A stretch of 64,000 nucleotides of DNA from a candidate division WOR-3 bacterium (lineage in GTDB: Bacteria; Hydrothermota; 32-111): positions 1,295,985 through 1,359,984 of the forward strand of contig JBDRZU010000001.1 in NCBI GenBank assembly GCA_039804105.1, read 5' to 3'. Position numbers and translations under genes: made by a program. The notes under the pieces are model-generated. The model ran no database searches. It was not told the origin of the DNA and worked only from the letters and a program-made list of their open reading frames with translations. Positions within the stretch are counted from its first letter, which is position 1; each line of letters starts with the position of its first letter. This document shows, piece after piece, positions 59,944 through 64,000 of the stretch.

Positions 59944-61805
59944 TTTTTCTTTTTATACATCTCCTCTATTTTTGTTTTATATTTGTCTATGATAACTTTT
60001 CTCCTTTTCTTTAATGTTTCTGTTATCTCTTTACCTATCTGTAATTTTTCGGGAATTATGGTAAAGTTTTTTATTGATTCAAATGGATGGAAGTTTTTTG
60101 ATCTGTTGATTCGCTCTTCAATAAAATTTTTAAGAAACTCTTTGACCTTTATATTTTCAACAACTTCTTTCAGATTATCTATATTCAGTTTGAGTTCTTT
60201 TATAAGATTTTTTAATTTTTCCTCTTCGATAAAAATCAAAGCAGCAAGATCTTTCTCATCATCTCCCACAACAACCGCATGTGAAATGAATTCGCTCTCT
60301 TCAAGTTTCTCTTCGATCCTTTGAGGTTCCACATTCTCTCCACCTAAAAGAACTATTGTATCCTTTGCTCTTCCAAGTATTATGAGGTTTCCATTTTTTG
60401 TTATGAATCCAATATCACCAGTATTTAACCAACCATCTTCAGTTAAAACCTTTTTTGTTTCCTCTTCGTTTTTATAATAACCTTTCATAACCTGATCACC
60501 CTTGACATAGATGATCCCTTTTTCACCTTTTTTTACCTTTTTCCCATTTTCATCTCTTAATGAGATCTCTGTTCGGTCAAATGGTATACCAGCCGTAAAA
60601 AGAAAGTTGTAATCGAATCTTCTCGATGTAATTCCTGGCGAGGCTTCTGTCATACCATAGGCGTTTAAAAGTGTTATTCCTACTGTATTAAAGAAATTAT
60701 CAATATATTTTGGAATCATACCCCCACCTGTGAATGCACCTCTCAGCCTTCCACCAAGATTGTCCCTTATAGGTTCAAAGATAAAATATGCGAGTAACGA
60801 TGGTATGAGAAATAGAGGAAAAATTATAAGTGACATCATAATTTTAAAAAATCTTTTTTTATAACCTTCTTCATATAGTTGTGTATCTCTGTTGGTAAGA
60901 ACTCTATAAGAGTATAGATGTTTTTCACGTATGTTTAAAAAAATATAAAAAAATGTTTTTTTGAAAACCTTTTCATTTTTCATTCTATCAATAATCTTTC
61001 TATAAATGTGTTCCCAGATCCTTGGCACTGCGCTCATTATCGTTGGTTTTATTTCAATAAGATCTCTTGCAAAATTCTTCACATTTGAATAATAAATTTT
61101 TGCTCCACCTGCAATACACACATATTCAAAAGTTCTTTCAAAAATATGCCATACTGGTAAAACAGAAACTGTTACATCTCCCTCTTTTCCGTAAGTTTTA
61201 AATTTTATCAATGGAGTTATTGCTGAAACATTATGCATAAAATTTTTGTGTGTGAGTATAACACCTTTTGGGTTTCCGGTTGTTCCTGATGTGTATATGA
61301 TCGTTACAAGATCATCTTTATCGATGTTTGCTTTTTCATAATCTTTCCCATCATCTTTAAAAAGGTCAGAAAAATTAATGAAATTTTCAGATCTGTTGAA
61401 AACTATAATTTTTTCACTTTTTATTATACCTTTTATCGATTGGTAAAGTTTTTCATCCTCAATTATCGCAAACTCTGAATCAGAATGTTTCGCTATGAAA
61501 CCCAACTCACTTTCAGGTGAAGAAGAACTTCTTGGAACATCTACAGCCCCGATCGACAAAAGAGCCATATCTGCAATAAGCCATTCATATCTGTTATCTG
61601 AAATGAGTAAAACTTTTGTTCCCTTTTTTATGCCTAATTTTCTGAATGCGGATGAGACCTTTTTTACTTTTTCAAAAAATTCCTTATAGGTAATATTTTT
61701 AATCCCATTTTGCTCTCTATAACTCTGTAAAATTCTTGAGGAATATTTTTCTACAGAATTTTCTAACATTTCAAAAAGTGTTTTTGAGTTCAGTATTTTT
61801 TCCAT
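59940..61805 (-). CDS. long-chain-fatty-acid--CoA ligase (AMP-binding superfamily)
   Basis: The 621-aa product has the AMP-binding motif TIIYTSGTTGNPKGV and an adenylate-forming domain architecture. It overlaps the downstream patatin gene by 4 nt. Confidence 0.8.
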   Translation of the reverse strand: MEKILNSKTLFEMLENSVEKYSSRILQSYREQNGIKNITYKEFFEKVKKVSSAFRKLGIKKGTKVLLISDNRYEWLIADMALLSIGAVDVPRSSSSPESELGFIAKHSDSEFAIIEDEKLYQSIKGIIKSEKIIVFNRSENFINFSDLFKDDGKDYEKANIDKDDLVTIIYTSGTTGNPKGVILTHKNFMHNVSAITPLIKFKTYGKEGDVTVSVLPVWHIFERTFEYVCIAGGAKIYYSNVKNFARDLIEIKPTIMSAVPRIWEHIYRKIIDRMKNEKVFKKTFFYIFLNIREKHLYSYRVLTNRDTQLYEEGYKKRFFKIMMSLIIFPLFLIPSLLAYFIFEPIRDNLGGRLRGAFTGGGMIPKYIDNFFNTVGITLLNAYGMTEASPGITSRRFDYNFLFTAGIPFDRTEISLRDENGKKVKKGEKGIIYVKGDQVMKGYYKNEEETKKVLTEDGWLNTGDIGFITKNGNLIILGRAKDTIVLLGGENVEPQRIEEKLEESEFISHAVVVGDDEKDLAALIFIEEEKLKNLIKELKLNIDNLKEVVENIKVKEFLKNFIEERINRSKNFHPFESIKNFTIIPEKLQIGKEITETLKKRRKVIIDKYKTKIEEMYKKKK

Positions 61806-61841
61806 AACGATATTATATCCTTTTTTTTAAGAATGAAAAGA

Positions 61842-61869
61842 TTGAAAAAATTTTTCAAAAAGTTATAAT
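61842..61869 (+). promoter_or_regulatory. near-consensus sigma70 promoter TTGAAA-16 nt-TATAAT in divergent intergenic region
   Basis: TTGAAA lies at 61842-61847 and TATAAT at 61864-61869. A GGAGGG RBS lies at 61879-61884, 3 nt before the ATG at 61888. Confidence 0.55.
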
Positions 61870-61887
61870 AAAAAAAATGGAGGGAAA

Positions 61888-62493
61888 ATGAAAATTTTAA
61901 GAAAAAAAATATTTCCTATATTGGTCATAATTTTATCTATTACCTGTGCTAAGGATTTTAAAGTAAAAACTTCAGAGTATTCCTATTTTTTTAAAGAGAG
62001 TAGCACTTTCATATACGATGTATCATCATGGGGAGACAAGTATGAGTTGGTTATCGAGATCAAAAAGATGGACAAAAATCTCCACTATAGATACTGGCTT
62101 GAAGATGATACGATATTTAAATTCGTAGATGATGTCGTGGTTTTACAGAAATCTCTTGAAAATTCAGATAGAATATTTATGAATCTGTGGGATTATAATG
62201 TGAGTAATCTTGATGATAAAATATCTGTATTTTTTTCAAAAAAAGTTTTTAAAGATCTTGTTAACAAAAAAGAAGTTACAATCGATGTTGGAGATGGAGA
62301 AGAACATCTGACTTTTGAAAGAAAAACAACTTACAATTGTGTAATTGATGGAAAAGAGATTGAACTTAAAGCTATTTATGCAACGAGTGATCTTTTTGGT
62401 TATTTTTGGATTCTTGATGATGAAAGGTTTCCCTTGATATTAAAGATGGAAGTTGGATATATAATTGAGCTTAAAGAGATAAATACAAAATAG
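61888..62493 (+). CDS. hypothetical lipoprotein
   Basis: The 201-aa product has a signal peptide with a lipobox-like LSITC. I recognise no family. A strong promoter and RBS lie upstream. Confidence 0.5.
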   Translation: MKILRKKIFPILVIILSITCAKDFKVKTSEYSYFFKESSTFIYDVSSWGDKYELVIEIKKMDKNLHYRYWLEDDTIFKFVDDVVVLQKSLENSDRIFMNLWDYNVSNLDDKISVFFSKKVFKDLVNKKEVTIDVGDGEEHLTFERKTTYNCVIDGKEIELKAIYATSDLFGYFWILDDERFPLILKMEVGYIIELKEINTK

Positions 62494-62495
62494 TT

Positions 62496-63770
62496 TTAAA
62501 AAAGATAAAAAAATAAAGTATATACCATAATATTCACAAAAGTTAAAGGTATACCTATTTTTGAAAATTCAAGAATTTTTAATTTTATACCTTTTTTTTC
62601 TGCTGTTTGTAATATTATTATATTGCTCGCTGCTCCAAGAAGAAAAATATTACCAGCTATTGTGCTTCCTGCTGCAAGTGCCATAAGTAGTCTATGATCA
62701 AGATTTTTGAAGGTTTCAAGAAAGAGTATTACAAAAGGAACATTTGAGATCAACTGGCTTAAAATTATTGATGAGGAAAATATAAAATTTAAAGATATTC
62801 TAACATGTTCAAACTTGAACAAAAAGTCAGGTTTTTCTTTTAAGTATAAACTTTTCATAAGAATAAACATAGAAATGAAGAAAATAAGAGTTTTGTAGTC
62901 AAGATTTTTCAATATATGTTTTCTGTTTTGGTTTAAAAGAAGTATCAAAAGTGATGATGGTACTGGAATTACAAAAAGTGGTATTTTGAGATTTCTAAAA
63001 ATTAAAGGTAAAATTACTTTTAAAAAAATCATAAGGATCAGGAGAAACACCGAAAGAAAAGAAATTTTAAAGTTCCTGTTTATCACATATTTTTCCTTCT
63101 CGAAAGATATAGTTCTTTTGAAATCTATCTTTTTTCTAAATACGATTTTCATTGTAAAATAGAGTATAAAAAGGTTCAGAAATGTTGGAAGAAATAGATA
63201 CCTTGTGAATGTGACAAAAGGAGAAATATCGTTTATTCTTGATGCTATCACAAGATTCTGTGGGTTGCCTATTGGGCTTGACACACTTCCAAGAGTGACG
63301 CTGTACGCAAGGACTAACAAAAAAGATTCTGTGTCTATTGAAAACTTTTTTGAGAGATATATCGCAAGAAAAGTTCCAACGATCGCTATCGTGTCGTTCA
63401 TAAAAAAGTATGAAAGAAAACCCATTGTTATTATAAAAAGAAAGAGAAGGGAATCCATATTTTTGGCTCTTGAAAAAATCCTATAACTTAAAGAGTAAAG
63501 GAACCCACTTTCGAAAAGGGATTCACCAACAACAAATATTGATGCTAAAAAAATTATGACTTCGAAATCGATCGCTTTAAATGAGTCGTACAGAGAAATA
63601 CTATTTGTTAAAATAACGAATAGAGCCCCCAAAAACATTACAAGATAAATTTTTATCCTTTCACCAAAAAATTCTCGAAGAAAAATTAAAAGAAAAACTA
63701 TAATTGTTGTAAAAAATGGAATAAAATCTTTAATTTTACTATAGAAGGATAAAAATGAATCCATCTTCAA
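62496..63770 (-). CDS. ArsB/NhaD/CitMHS-superfamily anion permease
   Basis: The 424-aa polytopic membrane protein has an internal repeat topology typical of the ArsB_NhaD_permease superfamily. It converges on the lipoprotein gene with a 2-nt gap. Confidence 0.45.
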   Translation of the reverse strand: MKMDSFLSFYSKIKDFIPFFTTIIVFLLIFLREFFGERIKIYLVMFLGALFVILTNSISLYDSFKAIDFEVIIFLASIFVVGESLFESGFLYSLSYRIFSRAKNMDSLLFLFIITMGFLSYFFMNDTIAIVGTFLAIYLSKKFSIDTESFLLVLAYSVTLGSVSSPIGNPQNLVIASRINDISPFVTFTRYLFLPTFLNLFILYFTMKIVFRKKIDFKRTISFEKEKYVINRNFKISFLSVFLLILMIFLKVILPLIFRNLKIPLFVIPVPSSLLILLLNQNRKHILKNLDYKTLIFFISMFILMKSLYLKEKPDFLFKFEHVRISLNFIFSSSIILSQLISNVPFVILFLETFKNLDHRLLMALAAGSTIAGNIFLLGAASNIIILQTAEKKGIKLKILEFSKIGIPLTFVNIMVYTLFFYLF

Positions 63771-63999
63771 TTTTTGCTATCTCAAGGGATTTGGATCCGT
63801 TAAACTCAAAAGAAAATGTTTTTCTTGTAAATGTCTCATCTTTTAACAAAAAATGTATTTCTGAAGTATAGAAATCTGGGATTATATCTGTAATTTTTAT
63901 TTCTGTTCCAATATTTTTATGTTTTGCCATGTAGTTTAAAAATCTATCGTTGTAGAAAAATATTTTGAAATTGTTATCGACAGCAAAAAACGGATTTGG
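63739..63999 (-). CDS. hypothetical protein, 3' portion; frame is open to window end so the start probably lies beyond 64000
   Basis: On the minus strand there is no in-frame stop from the window edge to the stop at 63739. The internal ATG at 63930 lacks an RBS. The gene overlaps the permease start by 32 nt. Confidence 0.25.
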   Translation of the reverse strand, partial: PNPFFAVDNNFKIFFYNDRFLNYMAKHKNIGTEIKITDIIPDFYTSEIHFLLKDETFTRKTFSFEFNGSKSLEIAKIEDGFIFILL

Positions 64000-64000
64000 T

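Overview
This is a very AT-rich (about 28-30% GC by eye), tightly packed bacterial chromosomal segment with essentially no non-coding space larger than about 140 nt. The proteins are lysine-rich, and outer-membrane and type IX secretion (T9SS) cargo features are present. Three secreted proteins carry Por-type T9SS C-terminal sorting domains, which suggests an FCB-group-related diderm, but promoters and ribosome-binding sites look sigma70/SD-like rather than Bacteroidetes-type.

The + strand block (1-33 kb) carries neuC-like(partial), smc, ftsY, a PIMT-fusion methyltransferase, an ArsP-like permease fused to an HMA domain, a C25 gingipain/PorU-like peptidase, DUF502, corC-like, dnaE, an OMP, purA, a flippase-like protein, a PhnP-like hydrolase, uvrB, an M14 carboxypeptidase and xerD-like. 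The large LTD-repeat T9SS cargo gene sits on the - strand at 5.3-8.1 kb.

A remarkable 19-kb array of 22 co-directional, mostly overlapping genes lies on the - strand (33.1-52.4 kb). It covers purD, AMMECR1, MEMO, dapA, lon, hsp20, purM, argS, rsfS, glmU-like, panC, dNK, folK and folB, ending in a GAF-GGDEF / histidine kinase / REC-PglZ response regulator module. Further minus-strand genes encode a MacAB-TolC-like efflux set, an EamA transporter, a PlpD-like patatin autotransporter and an acyl-CoA ligase.

I found no rRNA, tRNA, CRISPR array, IS element or prophage. The most interesting locus is the GAF-GGDEF/HK/REC-PglZ module, which looks like a PorX/PorY-type T9SS regulatory two-component system fused into one operon with a diguanylate cyclase. 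Other items worth a second look are the PlpD-like type Vd patatin next to a fatty-acyl-CoA ligase, an ArsP-HMA fusion permease, a PIMT with a long C-terminal extension, an orphan SPASM radical SAM enzyme, a split AMMECR1/MEMO pair, and an ArgS with a degenerate HIGH motif.
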